64,000 bases of DNA from Parasphingorhabdus sp. (GTDB lineage Bacteria; Pseudomonadota; Alphaproteobacteria; Sphingomonadales; Sphingomonadaceae). The notes below the pieces were generated by a model. The model was not told the origin of the DNA. It saw nothing but the letters and a program-made list of their open reading frames with translations, and ran no database searches. This document shows positions 49,924 through 59,939 of the stretch, in pieces. How positions within the stretch are numbered: the first letter of the stretch is position 1; each line of letters opens with the position of its first letter. Location of the stretch: NCBI GenBank assembly GCA_039978835.1, contig JBDWAQ010000005.1, positions 586,631-650,630 of the forward strand, in the 5' to 3' direction. Position numbers and translations under genes: made by a program.

Positions 49924-51570
49924 CTAACCCCTTTTGCAACCATCTTCAAACACCGGCTCGCGTATGATGAATGGCCAAGGTGTTGCCATATCCTCTGTCG
50001 GGACCTCTATCAAGCAAGGTTCGCGCCGTTCGAGAGCAGCTTTTACGGCTCTCTCCAACGCTTCAGGTGAGGTTACGCGCTCGGCTCTTATACCAAAGCT
50101 ATCTGCATATTTGATAAAATCAGGATTATGCAGGTCAGAAGCGATCAATCTTCCATCAAACCACTCCTTTTGCTGACGCTGAACATTCTGGAACTTATTA
50201 TTGTTGAACAGCACAGTGACGAGCGGCAGGTTGTAAGCTGCTGCCGTTGCCATTTCATTGGCGGTAAACATGAAACCGCCGTCACCAACGATATTCACAA
50301 CAGCTTTGTCGGGATGAGCAGCCTGCACACCCAATGCCGTGGCATAACCATAGCCCAATGTCCCTTGATAACCGCAGCTAACGTGGTGGCGTGGTTCATA
50401 TACCGGGAATGCATACCAAGAGGCATAACCGGCCTGCGTGATTTCATCCACGAAAAACCCATCATCAGGTAGGGCGCGGCGGATGGCATCGAGAAAACCG
50501 ACCTGCGGTTGAACTTGTTCCTCAATCTGACGACGCAGATTGGCTTTAACACCAGTGAGCTCCTCTTCACGCGATGCTTTCGGCTCGCTGATCTTCTCGA
50601 GCGCTGCGAGCAGGGCAGGGACTGCATCTGCGGCGTCGGCATGGATCGAAACTTCGGGGACGTCGATACGGTCGAGTTCCTCCTCGTCAATATCAATGCG
50701 GATGATCTTCATATCCGGGCCGATACCCCAATAGAGATATTGTTGCTCCATCCGGGTACCCAGGCCAATAATAACATCGGCCTGTTTCCACATATCATTT
50801 CCGGCTGGGAACATTTGCGACAGATAGCCGCGATCACTAATCACGCCGCGTCCGCTGCGGAAACTGACCACCGGTGCTTGCAGGAAAGTTGCGAGTTGCT
50901 CCAATGCGGGACCAGCTGCAACTGCGCCGCCACCGGCAATGATCATGGGTTTTTTCGCACCTGCCAAGAGTTTTGCCGCGCGGTCAATGGCATCGGTATC
51001 CAGTGCTGGCCCAGCCGGTATATCGGCGGCGGGTAAAAGCGACACATCGACTTTCTCTGCCATGATATCCATCGGCATTTCCAGACTGATCGGACGTGGG
51101 CGTCCGCCGCACATGTAATTAAACGCTTCATTTACCAATCCCGGAGCCTCTTGCGGTGTCATCGCACGGTCCGCCCATTTGGTCAGGCTGCGCATGGTCG
51201 CCAATTGATCGGGCAGTTCGTGCAGATAGCCGATGCCCTTTCCAAGGCCGACAGTCGGAATTTGACCGGTCAGGCAAAATACCGGCGCGTTGGTGGCATA
51301 GGCCGAACAGATCGCGGCTGTGCTGTTCAATACGCCAGGACCCGGGACAACCGCATATACGCCTGGCTTGCCGGTGGAGCGGGCATAGCCAAATGCCATA
51401 TAGGCAGCGCCCTGTTCGTGCCGTGTACAATAAGTCGTGATCGTATCACCGGCATTATACATCGCATCAAAAAAGTAATCTAGCTGTCCACCGGGAAGAC
51501 CAAATACCGTATCTACACCGTTAGCCATAATTTGACCCAATATTGCTTCGGCACCTGTCATTTCAGTCAT
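49924..51570 (-). CDS. ThDP-dependent enzyme (acetolactate synthase-like / 2-oxoacid decarboxylase)
   Basis: FGLPGGQ, RHEQGAAYMA, VPGPG and GDGGFMF...NN ThDP-binding motif. Confidence 0.88.
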   Translation of the reverse strand: MTEMTGAEAILGQIMANGVDTVFGLPGGQLDYFFDAMYNAGDTITTYCTRHEQGAAYMAFGYARSTGKPGVYAVVPGPGVLNSTAAICSAYATNAPVFCLTGQIPTVGLGKGIGYLHELPDQLATMRSLTKWADRAMTPQEAPGLVNEAFNYMCGGRPRPISLEMPMDIMAEKVDVSLLPAADIPAGPALDTDAIDRAAKLLAGAKKPMIIAGGGAVAAGPALEQLATFLQAPVVSFRSGRGVISDRGYLSQMFPAGNDMWKQADVIIGLGTRMEQQYLYWGIGPDMKIIRIDIDEEELDRIDVPEVSIHADAADAVPALLAALEKISEPKASREEELTGVKANLRRQIEEQVQPQVGFLDAIRRALPDDGFFVDEITQAGYASWYAFPVYEPRHHVSCGYQGTLGYGYATALGVQAAHPDKAVVNIVGDGGFMFTANEMATAAAYNLPLVTVLFNNNKFQNVQRQQKEWFDGRLIASDLHNPDFIKYADSFGIRAERVTSPEALERAVKAALERREPCLIEVPTEDMATPWPFIIREPVFEDGCKRG

Positions 51571-52207
51571 TGGGTTCTAGCTTCTTTCTCATTTGCAGCA
51601 TTTAGCTGCTTGTTGCAAATTGTTGAACTCAAAGCGGACACTTTCCCACTTCAGAGCGCTATGTTCGAGAAGAAGCCCGATAAGCACAATTGAATCAATC
51701 TAACGCTATCGGATTAGCTGACCTAATCACTGACTGTAAAATCGAGAATATCGCTTTTGTCGTCAGCTGAGTTACTGACAACTGTCGCTGTTTTATGATG
51801 GGGAAAGCGCAGCGTGCCTGCAGACACTTGCGGCAGAGGTAGCAGTGAAAGAACCTGGTCTGCCAACGTTGTCCACCAGCAAGGCGTTTAACTATGCCCC
51901 AGCCTAAAGGCACTGCGGATTACAACAGGCACTAAGGGCCGCATGTGGCCCTATCCTGATCTTCTGCCGACGCCGGAGGCATCGGCTCAACCCAAACCGG
52001 TCAGTCATTGGCAATTGGAGTGATCTAGCGGTTGGTTCGATTTCAGAGTGTGCATGAGTGGAAAGCGGACAATAAGCGGACGTCGATGTTGCCAGTTTAA
52101 GGTTGCTATTGCTATTTCATTTAGAGGAACACCATAATAGGCTCGGAACGCGAGTTCTTTTCCTGCTTCGAACCTCGGAAACGAATGCAAATTCGTTTGT
52201 AGTATGC

Positions 52208-52930
52208 TTAAAGCGACCATGCCCGTCTGAATTGTGAGGGAGTGAAACCGGTAGCCTTACGAAACTGGCGCGTGAATGCACTCTGATCAGCATAGCCGGT
52301 ATCCAAAGAAATTGATGCAATCGGCTTGTTAGTCTTAAGCAACTCTTGACGGGCGAATTCCAACCTTTGCTTCAAGATCCATTGCCCGGTTGTGAGCCCA
52401 AAAATATCTCGTATTCGGCGATCAACTTGATAGGCTGAAAGGCAAGCCATCTTTGCTAAGGAATCGATTTCTGGAGCCTCCGACAGATTCTCCATGACAT
52501 GATCAATCGCCACAACCAGTCGTTCATATTCAGAGTGGGAAGTGTCGGGAGCACGCAAGTCTTGGGATACGCCGGCAATTCCAATCAGTATGTCATTCTC
52601 ATCAAACAGAGCATGTTTATTGGTTAGGCACCAGCCAACCTTGCGGTTAGGATAGATGTGCATTTCCAGCTTGTTGGTGATAGCCTGACCAGTGCTAATC
52701 ACCTGTTGGTCCTGACCCTCATAGCTTGCACCAAGGCGTGCGCCCAAAACTTGTGATGGGCGGCGTCCAATAAGCTCAGACTTGTGCTGCAGGCCGGATC
52801 GCTCGACCAATGTGTTATTCACGCTCATATAATCGCCGTCGATGTCTTTGGTGAAGAACACGGTGTCAGGAAGGCAGTCAAACAATCCTTCCAATGTCGA
52901 GATTTGATTGCGCTCGTTCACTTCGCCCAT
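52208..52930 (-). CDS. AraC-family regulator with an N-terminal PAS-like domain
   Basis: FDCLPDTVFFTKD PAS segment and GYADQSAFTRQFRKATG AraC signature; divergent from the hydroxyproline operon. Confidence 0.85.
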   Translation of the reverse strand: MGEVNERNQISTLEGLFDCLPDTVFFTKDIDGDYMSVNNTLVERSGLQHKSELIGRRPSQVLGARLGASYEGQDQQVISTGQAITNKLEMHIYPNRKVGWCLTNKHALFDENDILIGIAGVSQDLRAPDTSHSEYERLVVAIDHVMENLSEAPEIDSLAKMACLSAYQVDRRIRDIFGLTTGQWILKQRLEFARQELLKTNKPIASISLDTGYADQSAFTRQFRKATGFTPSQFRRAWSL

Positions 52931-53051
52931 CGACCACCTTGTCTATAAATTGTGCAAAAACACTAGTTTTCATTCTTCTTCTGGTCAAGACATTGTCCGC
53001 GCTTAGGCTATCATCGTGCACAATATGATCGCTGAAGAATTGGAATTGAAT

Positions 53052-53999
53052 ATGACTGACGGTGAAAATGTATTCTCTGGGTGCATGCCCGCCCTGATGA
53101 CACCCTGCGATGCTGCTGGTGTGCCTGATTTCGGGGCGTTGGTCGCAAAGAGCCAAGAGTTAATAGCGGCCGGTATGGAGGCGGTCATTTATTGCGGCTC
53201 AATGGGCGATTGGCCTTTGTTGACGGACGAGCAGCGCTGTGAAGGTGTGCAAAAACTATGCGAAAATGGTATCCCAGTGATTGTAGGTACCGGTGCGCAA
53301 AATACGCAGCGCGCAACTACCATCGCGGCCCATGCCGAGAAAGTTGGCGCAGCCGGACTGATGATTATCCCACGGGTTCTGTCGCGTGGGACATCTCATG
53401 CAGCGCAACGCATACATTTTGCGTCTGTTCTGGATGCTGCGCCCACTTTGCCCTCGGTAATTTATAATAGCCCCTATTACGGTTTTGAAACGAAGGCGGA
53501 GCTGTTCTCTAGTCTTCGGACCGATCACAAGAATCTCGTCGGGTTTAAGGAGTTTGGTGGGTCGGATTCGCTTAGCTACGCGGCTGAAAATATCACCGCC
53601 GGTGACCCTGATTTAACCTTGATGGTCGGCGTGGACACGCAGGTCTATCACGGCTTTGTCAATTGCGGGGCCAGCGGTGCGATTACCGGTGTAGGTAACG
53701 CATTGCCACGCGAGGTGCTGCGCCTCGTGGATCTATGCGAGAAGGCCGCTACGGGAGATGCCGAAGCCCGCAAGTTGGCTTATGAATTGGATACTGCCTT
53801 GCATGTCTTGGCCACGTTCGATGAAGGGCCTGATCTGGTACTGTATTACAAGCATCTGATGGTTCTTGAGGGAAGCCCGGAATATGAGCATCACTTCTAC
53901 GGAACGGATAAGCTCAGCTCAACTCAGAAAGCCTATCTTGAGCAGCATTGGAAGCTATTCCGCAATTGGTGGGAAAGCTGGCCAGGCGGCACCTTTTGA
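53052..53999 (+). CDS. DHDPS-family protein, probable pyrroline-4-hydroxy-2-carboxylate deaminase
   Basis: PALMTP, GSMGDW, YNSPYY and GFKEFGG motifs; adjacent to the hydroxyproline epimerase. Confidence 0.82.
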   Translation: MTDGENVFSGCMPALMTPCDAAGVPDFGALVAKSQELIAAGMEAVIYCGSMGDWPLLTDEQRCEGVQKLCENGIPVIVGTGAQNTQRATTIAAHAEKVGAAGLMIIPRVLSRGTSHAAQRIHFASVLDAAPTLPSVIYNSPYYGFETKAELFSSLRTDHKNLVGFKEFGGSDSLSYAAENITAGDPDLTLMVGVDTQVYHGFVNCGASGAITGVGNALPREVLRLVDLCEKAATGDAEARKLAYELDTALHVLATFDEGPDLVLYYKHLMVLEGSPEYEHHFYGTDKLSSTQKAYLEQHWKLFRNWWESWPGGTF

Positions 54000-54033
54000 G
54001 CGCCTTTTCCAATAGTAAACTGAGCGACAGACT

Positions 54034-54969
54034 GTGCATGTAATCGACTCACACACCGGTGGGCAGCCAACACGAGTGATCGTTGACGGCGGTCCTGACT
54101 TGGGAACTGGAACGCTGGCAGAGCGCAAGCTCCGATTTGGCGAACGGTTTGATGATTATCGTATGAAAGCGGTTTTGGAGCCGAAATGCTCCGACGCAAT
54201 GGTTGGTGCGCTGTTGTGCCCGCCGACATTGCCTGATGGTGATTGTTGTGCAGGAGTGATATTCTTCAACAATAGCGGTTATCTGGACATGTGCGGCCAC
54301 GGAACAATCGGTCTGATGGTCACGCTTGGGTATCTGGACAAGATAGGTCTCGGCAAACACTTGTTGGAAACGACAGTTGGCATTGTTGAAACTGAATTGC
54401 TTTCATCGAACACCGTTTCGGTCGAAAATGTGGCAAGCTACTGCCTGAAAAAAGACGTCACCATTGACGTGGACGGATTGGGGCCCGTGGCCGGGAACGT
54501 AGCTTGGGGCGGCAATTGGTTCTTTCTCGTGGAGCAAGCACCGATTCCTCTCAATAGATCAAACATTCGGGCCTTGTCCGAAGCTGCTACAGAAATACGC
54601 CGGGCATTGGTCCAGCAGTCCATCACCGGCGTCGATGGCGCGGAGATCGACCACATCGAGTTTTTCGAAACACCGGAGGATGGGCCTGCCGACAGCCGCA
54701 ATTTCGTCCTTTGTCCGGGGCTGGCTTATGATCGCTCGCCATGCGGAACCGGCACTAGCGCAAAAATCGCCTGCCTTGCCGAGTCCGGAAAACTTGCACC
54801 AGCCGAGGAATGGACCCAAGAAAGCATCATCGGCAGCCGCTTTCGCGGAGTATACCGCCGAGACGATGCTGGACGGATCATTCCCACCATCACTGGTGAG
54901 GCACATATCTACTCTGACACTCAACTGATTTTTCAAACTGGCGATCCTTTTATGCACGGGATCGGGTAA
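54034..54969 (+). CDS. 4-hydroxyproline 2-epimerase (proline racemase family)
   Basis: IDSHTGG, MCGHGTIG and DRSPCGTGTSA, with both catalytic Cys present. Confidence 0.88.
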   Translation: MHVIDSHTGGQPTRVIVDGGPDLGTGTLAERKLRFGERFDDYRMKAVLEPKCSDAMVGALLCPPTLPDGDCCAGVIFFNNSGYLDMCGHGTIGLMVTLGYLDKIGLGKHLLETTVGIVETELLSSNTVSVENVASYCLKKDVTIDVDGLGPVAGNVAWGGNWFFLVEQAPIPLNRSNIRALSEAATEIRRALVQQSITGVDGAEIDHIEFFETPEDGPADSRNFVLCPGLAYDRSPCGTGTSAKIACLAESGKLAPAEEWTQESIIGSRFRGVYRRDDAGRIIPTITGEAHIYSDTQLIFQTGDPFMHGIG

Positions 54970-54970
54970 G

Positions 54971-56227
54971 ATGAAGTCGGGTCAAGAAGCGGTGATCATT
55001 ATCGGTGGCGGGATCATCGGAATTTCCTGCGCTCATTATCTTGTAGATGCTGGGTACAAGGTGACGGTGATCGAGCAGGGCACCATTGCCGGTGCATGTT
55101 CACACGGGAATTGCGGGTATATCTGCCCCAGTCATGTCCTCCCGCTGACCACATCAGATGCGATCTGGGATGCGGCAAGATCGCTGTTTAACTCGGCTGC
55201 TACTTTCCGCGTGAAACCGCGTTTCGATGCTGCCTTTGTCAGTTGGATGTGGCAGTTCGTTAAACGCTGTAACCAGCGCGATATGCTGAAGGCTGCGGGT
55301 CACCTTCACGCTATTCTAAGCTCGTCGATGGCGGAGTATCACAAGTTACTGGGTGAAGACGAGATGGGTAGCCAGTGGCGTCGGAGCGGCCTTATGTATG
55401 TATTCCAGACGGAAGTTGGGCTGAGCGATTTCGCCAATACAGACGAATTGCTCACCGACCAATTCGGCGTGACCGCCCGGCGGATCGAGAGCGCGGAATT
55501 ACCAGAATTGGATGTAGCACTTCGCCCGGATCTGGCGGGTGCGTACCTGTATGAAGGCGATGCTAGCATTCGGCCGGATCGCTTGAGCAAGGCTTGGACG
55601 GAAAAGTTAATCCGTGCCGGTGTGCAATTTGTCGAAGGTTGTACTTTTTTGGGTCTTGAGAAAAAGACGGACGCAGTCAGTCAAATCATAACCTCGCATG
55701 GGACGATGCAAGCTGACCACTTTGTTTTAGCCACAGGTGCGGTTAGCGCCAAGCTTGCCAAGCATTTCGGCACCGACATACCGATCGAGCCGGGCAAAGG
55801 CTATTCCATTACTATGGAAAAGCCACAGGATGGGCCAGAGTATCCCATGCTTCTGCCTGAACATCATGTTGGTGTCACGCCCTTTGACGATGGATTGCGG
55901 CTCGGATCGATGATGGAATTCGTCGGTTATGATCGGTCAATTCCTAAATCGAGATTGCAGCAGCTTAGGCAGTCAACACAGCTCTATTTGCAGTCTCAAT
56001 TGCCTACGACTAACTTGGAAGAATGGTACGGTTGGCGTCCGATGACATGGGATAGCTTGCCAATTATCGGACAAGTTCCCGGGTTCGCAAATGCCTATCT
56101 TGCGACCGGACATAACATGCTTGGCCTGACCCTGGCGCCGGCGACAGGGAAACTCATTAGTGAAACAGTTCAGAGGCAAACGCCTCATATCGATCCGGAG
56201 CCATTTTCTCCGGACAGGTTTAGATAA
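54971..56227 (+). CDS. FAD-dependent D-amino acid dehydrogenase, probable D-hydroxyproline dehydrogenase
   Basis: IIGGGIIG, CSHGNCG, PGKGYS, WYGWRP and ATGHNMLG motifs. Confidence 0.83.
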   Translation: MKSGQEAVIIIGGGIIGISCAHYLVDAGYKVTVIEQGTIAGACSHGNCGYICPSHVLPLTTSDAIWDAARSLFNSAATFRVKPRFDAAFVSWMWQFVKRCNQRDMLKAAGHLHAILSSSMAEYHKLLGEDEMGSQWRRSGLMYVFQTEVGLSDFANTDELLTDQFGVTARRIESAELPELDVALRPDLAGAYLYEGDASIRPDRLSKAWTEKLIRAGVQFVEGCTFLGLEKKTDAVSQIITSHGTMQADHFVLATGAVSAKLAKHFGTDIPIEPGKGYSITMEKPQDGPEYPMLLPEHHVGVTPFDDGLRLGSMMEFVGYDRSIPKSRLQQLRQSTQLYLQSQLPTTNLEEWYGWRPMTWDSLPIIGQVPGFANAYLATGHNMLGLTLAPATGKLISETVQRQTPHIDPEPFSPDRFR

Positions 56228-56263
56228 CCGCATCTTACAACGGCCAACAAAAAGGAACTAGCA

Positions 56264-57700
56264 ATGTCAGTTTTTAGAAACTTTATCGACGGTGATTGGA
56301 TACTGTCGGAATCGACAGTCAAGAACATCAATCCAGCTGACACTAATGATATCATTGGTGAATATGCGCAGGCCGATGCTGATCAAGTGGAACAGGCGAT
56401 TGCTGCGGCGAATGACGCCTTTACGGGCTGGTCGCGCGGTAGCATTCAGCAGCGTTTTGATTGTCTAGACGCGATCGGCACTGAAATTCTGGCTCGGAAG
56501 GCGGAGCTGGGCGAGCTACTGTCGAGAGAAGAAGGCAAGAGCCTAGCCGAAGGCGTCGGTGAGGCTGCGCGTGCTGGCCAAATATTCAAGTTCTTTGCTG
56601 GCGAAACACTTAGGCTACAGGGCGAATTGGTTGCGTCGGTCAGGCCGGGTGTCGATGTTGAAATGACCAGAGAGGCTGTTGGCTCGATTGGCATTATAAC
56701 GCCTTGGAACTTCCCCATTGCCATTCCGGCTTGGAAGATCGCACCGGCGCTCGCCTATGGTAACACCGTAATATTCAAACCGGCCAATCTCGTTCCCGGC
56801 AGTGCTTGGGCGATAGCGGAGATTATTGCCCGTTCGGGTTTACCAAAGGGCGTGTTTAACTTGATCATGGGATCGGGCAGCTCGGTTGGAGGCGCTCTTC
56901 TCAACGATAAGCGCGTAAAGGCGATCAGCTTCACTGGTTCGGTGCAGACAGGCGGTATTGTCGCTGCTGCATGCAGTAAACGGAACGCAAAATATCAGTT
57001 GGAAATGGGCGGTAAGAATCCGCTTATCGTTCTTGCCGATGCAGATATTGATAATGCGGTAAACTGCGCATTGAACGGCGCATTCTTCTCGACCGGTCAA
57101 CGTTGCACCGCATCGTCGCGGCTTATCGTCGAAGCTTCCGTCCACGATGCGTTTGTTGATGCGTTAAAGCTGGCCATTGAAGATTTGACAGTGGGGGATC
57201 CACGCAAAGATGGCACCCAGATCGGTCCGGTAATTGATGAAAAACAGCTGAAGCAGAATCTGGAATATGTTGAAATCGGTAAGGCAGAGGGAGCTACCCT
57301 GCTTACCGGTGGGAGCCGATTGGATCGCGAGACGCCCGGTTTTTATCAGGCACCCGCACTGTTTGTTGATACTCATAACGATATGCGCATCAACCGTGAG
57401 GAAGTGTTTGGTCCTGTCGCTACTGTCATCAAGGTGGCGGATTTTGACGAGGCAATTGCGATTGCTAACGATACAGAATTCGGCCTTTCTGCAGGCATTT
57501 GCACCACATCTTTGAGATTGGCGGGTCGGTTTAAGCGTGAGAGCCAAGCGGGCATGGTGATGGTGAATTTGCCGACTGCTGGTGTCGACTATCACGTACC
57601 ATTTGGCGGTACAAAAGGGTCCAGCTTTGGATCCCGCGAACAGGGAAGTTATGCGCGCGAATTTTATACGACGGTCAAAACCGCCTATATTTGCCCCTGA
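56264..57700 (+). CDS. Aldehyde dehydrogenase, probable 2-oxoglutarate semialdehyde dehydrogenase
   Basis: TPWNFP, LEMGGKNP, STGQRCTASSR and EEVFGP motifs; hydroxyproline operon context. Confidence 0.83.
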   Translation: MSVFRNFIDGDWILSESTVKNINPADTNDIIGEYAQADADQVEQAIAAANDAFTGWSRGSIQQRFDCLDAIGTEILARKAELGELLSREEGKSLAEGVGEAARAGQIFKFFAGETLRLQGELVASVRPGVDVEMTREAVGSIGIITPWNFPIAIPAWKIAPALAYGNTVIFKPANLVPGSAWAIAEIIARSGLPKGVFNLIMGSGSSVGGALLNDKRVKAISFTGSVQTGGIVAAACSKRNAKYQLEMGGKNPLIVLADADIDNAVNCALNGAFFSTGQRCTASSRLIVEASVHDAFVDALKLAIEDLTVGDPRKDGTQIGPVIDEKQLKQNLEYVEIGKAEGATLLTGGSRLDRETPGFYQAPALFVDTHNDMRINREEVFGPVATVIKVADFDEAIAIANDTEFGLSAGICTTSLRLAGRFKRESQAGMVMVNLPTAGVDYHVPFGGTKGSSFGSREQGSYAREFYTTVKTAYICP

Positions 57701-57776
57701 CATTTTTGGCATGGTACCGGCTGTTGGACTACTTCACGGACTTATCTGGTCTCCAATAGGAATTTTTGCTGTGACT

Positions 57777-58934
57777 ATGCCGTCACTTCCACCCTTTGTC
57801 GACGATATCGAGAGGGGACAGAGGATAAACAATCTTCGGGTCGCTATGGCGGGCACCGGTCAAGATGTGGTTATTTTGACTCCCAGCGCCAATATGCGGT
57901 ATTTCCTCGGTCAGACTTTTTATGAAAGAGAACGGTTTCACGGAGCGATCATTACAAGTGATCGTGCGATATTCATCTGTCCGAAATTTGAAGATACGGC
58001 GGTAACTGCCAGGCTTGCGGTGCCAATGGAGATGGCATTTTGGGAAGAGCATGAGAACCCCTATGCGCTTGTTGCAGCCATACTGGCTGACCGTGGCGTC
58101 AAGCTGTGTTCGTTAGATACCAATTGTTCGTATGGACACGCCTCGCAAATCTTTGATGTTCTTACGTCATTGAATCAGCCGGTTCGCTATGGCTCGGCAA
58201 ACTCGGTCATCTCACCGTTGAGAACTTGAAAGTCCGATGTCGAACTGGCACTCATGTCGGCGGCTAAACAACTCACTTTGGGTATCCACCGGACAATCTT
58301 CAGCTGGATACAACCGGGCATGAAAGCCAGTGTGGTGATTGCAGAGATCGATCGCCTACACCGCGATGGCGGTGCGGATAACGGTAGCTCTTTTTGTGCC
58401 GTTCAATTTGGCGAAGCGACGTCGCATCCTCACGGCGTCCCCGGTGATCCTGTGTTGCAGAATGGCGACCTTATCTTGATCGACACCGGCTGCACAATTG
58501 ATGGCTATAATTCTGACATCACCCGGACATACGCCCTGAACAAGGTGGATGATGAAATCGAGGATCTTTGGCAAGTCGAGAAGGAAGCGCAGGAGGCCGC
58601 GTTCGATCTGGCAGCGCCCGGCATCGCCTGCGAAGATGTAGACAAGGCTGCGCGCGATGTCCTGATTAGCCATGGATTGGGCCCGGACTATGATCTGCCG
58701 GGCCTACCTCATCGCACGGGCCATAGCATTGGTCTGGAGATTCATGAACAACCCTATCTGGTAAAAGGTGACCAAACGTCGCTGGCCGAGGGCACGTGCT
58801 TTTCCAATGAACCTATGATCGTGGTTTCGGAGAGGTTTGGTATCCGGTTGGAGGATCATTTTTACGTCACACCCACAGGTTCAGCGTGGTTCACTAAGCC
58901 GCAACACGGCCTGTACCAGCCATTTGAAGAATAA
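57777..58934 (+). pseudogene. M24 Xaa-Pro peptidase interrupted by one in-frame TGA (58227-58229)
   Basis: ORFs 57582-58229 and 58254-58934 are in the same frame (SPLRT*KSDVELALMS). Metal ligands IDTG, SDITRT, HRTGH, NEP and RLED are intact. Confidence 0.8.
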
Positions 58935-58970
58935 TGTTTTCAACGGAGGAGGTCGCGACGTGTGGGAACT

Positions 58971-58987
58971 AATGTCCGCAATTGGGT
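58971..58987 (+). repeat. Dispersed repeat AATGTCCGCAATTGGGT
   Basis: 17/17 match to the reverse complement of 10621-10637 and 16/17 match to 63319-63335. Confidence 0.65.
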
Positions 58988-59044
58988 TGAATCATTGCCG
59001 ATATCTCTTGCGGGCGGGATAAACGGGGCTGGCTGCAAAGGTAC

Positions 59045-59129
59045 GCGGGCGTGGCGGAATTGGTAAATGCGCGGGATTCAAAATCCCGTGCCGCAAGGAG
59101 TGTGGGTTCGATTCCCACTGCCCGCACCA
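59045..59129 (+). tRNA. Second complete island-borne tRNA-Leu(CAA), copy B
   Basis: 85 nt, 80/85 identical to copy A, same CGGGA-TTCAAAA-TCCCG anticodon arm and ACCA end. It has a G-U pair in the acceptor stem and a mismatch in the variable arm. Confidence 0.88.
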
Positions 59130-59163
59130 TCAAAACTGGCAGACAGTTTCGTAGGCATTCGCG

Positions 59164-59595
59164 CGGAACATCGGCGATTTGGTTAGTGGTCCAGAAATCA
59201 GAACTCGAGCGACAATCACGCAGCGTAAGACAGGTCGGCCTTTCCAGTTTGAGATCGCGGCAGACGCCAGAGCAAGCCTGTTCGCCTGGCTGGAACTCAG
59301 AGGTGGTGACGTCGAGGACTTTGTGTTTCCAAGCCGTGTGGATCACGCACGGCATCTCAGCACTCGGCAATATGCAAGGCTGGTCGATGAGTGGGTTGAA
59401 GCGATTGGCCTGCGACCTGGGGAATATGGCACGCATTCGCTGCGCCGAACTAAAGCTTCAATCATCTACAAAGCCACAGGCAACATCCGGGCAATCCAAA
59501 TATTGCTCGGGCACTCCAAGATCGAGAATACCGTGCGATACCTTGGCGTCGATATTGAAGACGCTCTCACGCTTGCCGAGAAGACTGAGATCTGA
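59164..59595 (+). pseudogene. 5'-truncated tyrosine recombinase (phage integrase family)
   Basis: IGDLVSGPEIRTRA...QRKTGRP, then HSLRRTKA and LLGHSKIENTVRY (H-x-x-R, H, Y). An in-frame TAG at 59152 lies upstream, and the N-terminal part with the first catalytic Arg is absent. Confidence 0.8.
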
Positions 59596-59939
59596 CCGAT
59601 GTTGGATGCCAGCCTTGTCCGGGCTGGCTTCCGCAACTGGGGGTGGAAGCTGACGATGGCGTTCAGTCCGAAGTGTAGCGGCTCCATTCCAATGGAGAAA
59701 CGTGACTTCGAGGATGTAGGACGAGCTTAAGTTCACACAGTTTTGATTAGGCTTGTCGATATTCCGACGGCAATACGCCTGTCCAGCGAACGAATGCGCG
59801 TCTAAAATTTGCAGATTCGCTTACTTGCAATTCGGGAGCTCGAGGGAGCATTTTTTTCTCTTCTTTGTGGTGAAAATGTTGGTCAGAGGATCAACAGCCC
59901 ATAGAATGACCGTCGATCCTCTCAATCCGTTGCGGAGCG

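Noticed and set aside
51690-52010. Possible transposase or enzyme remnant between the ThDP gene and the AraC gene
   Set aside because: The frames I translated gave short stop-interrupted peptides with no family I could recognise, and I saw no terminal inverted repeats.
59051-59653. 200-aa ORF starting inside tRNA copy B, considered as a restored integrase N-terminus
   Set aside because: It is in a different frame from the recombinase remnant, runs through the tRNA and shows no protein motifs.
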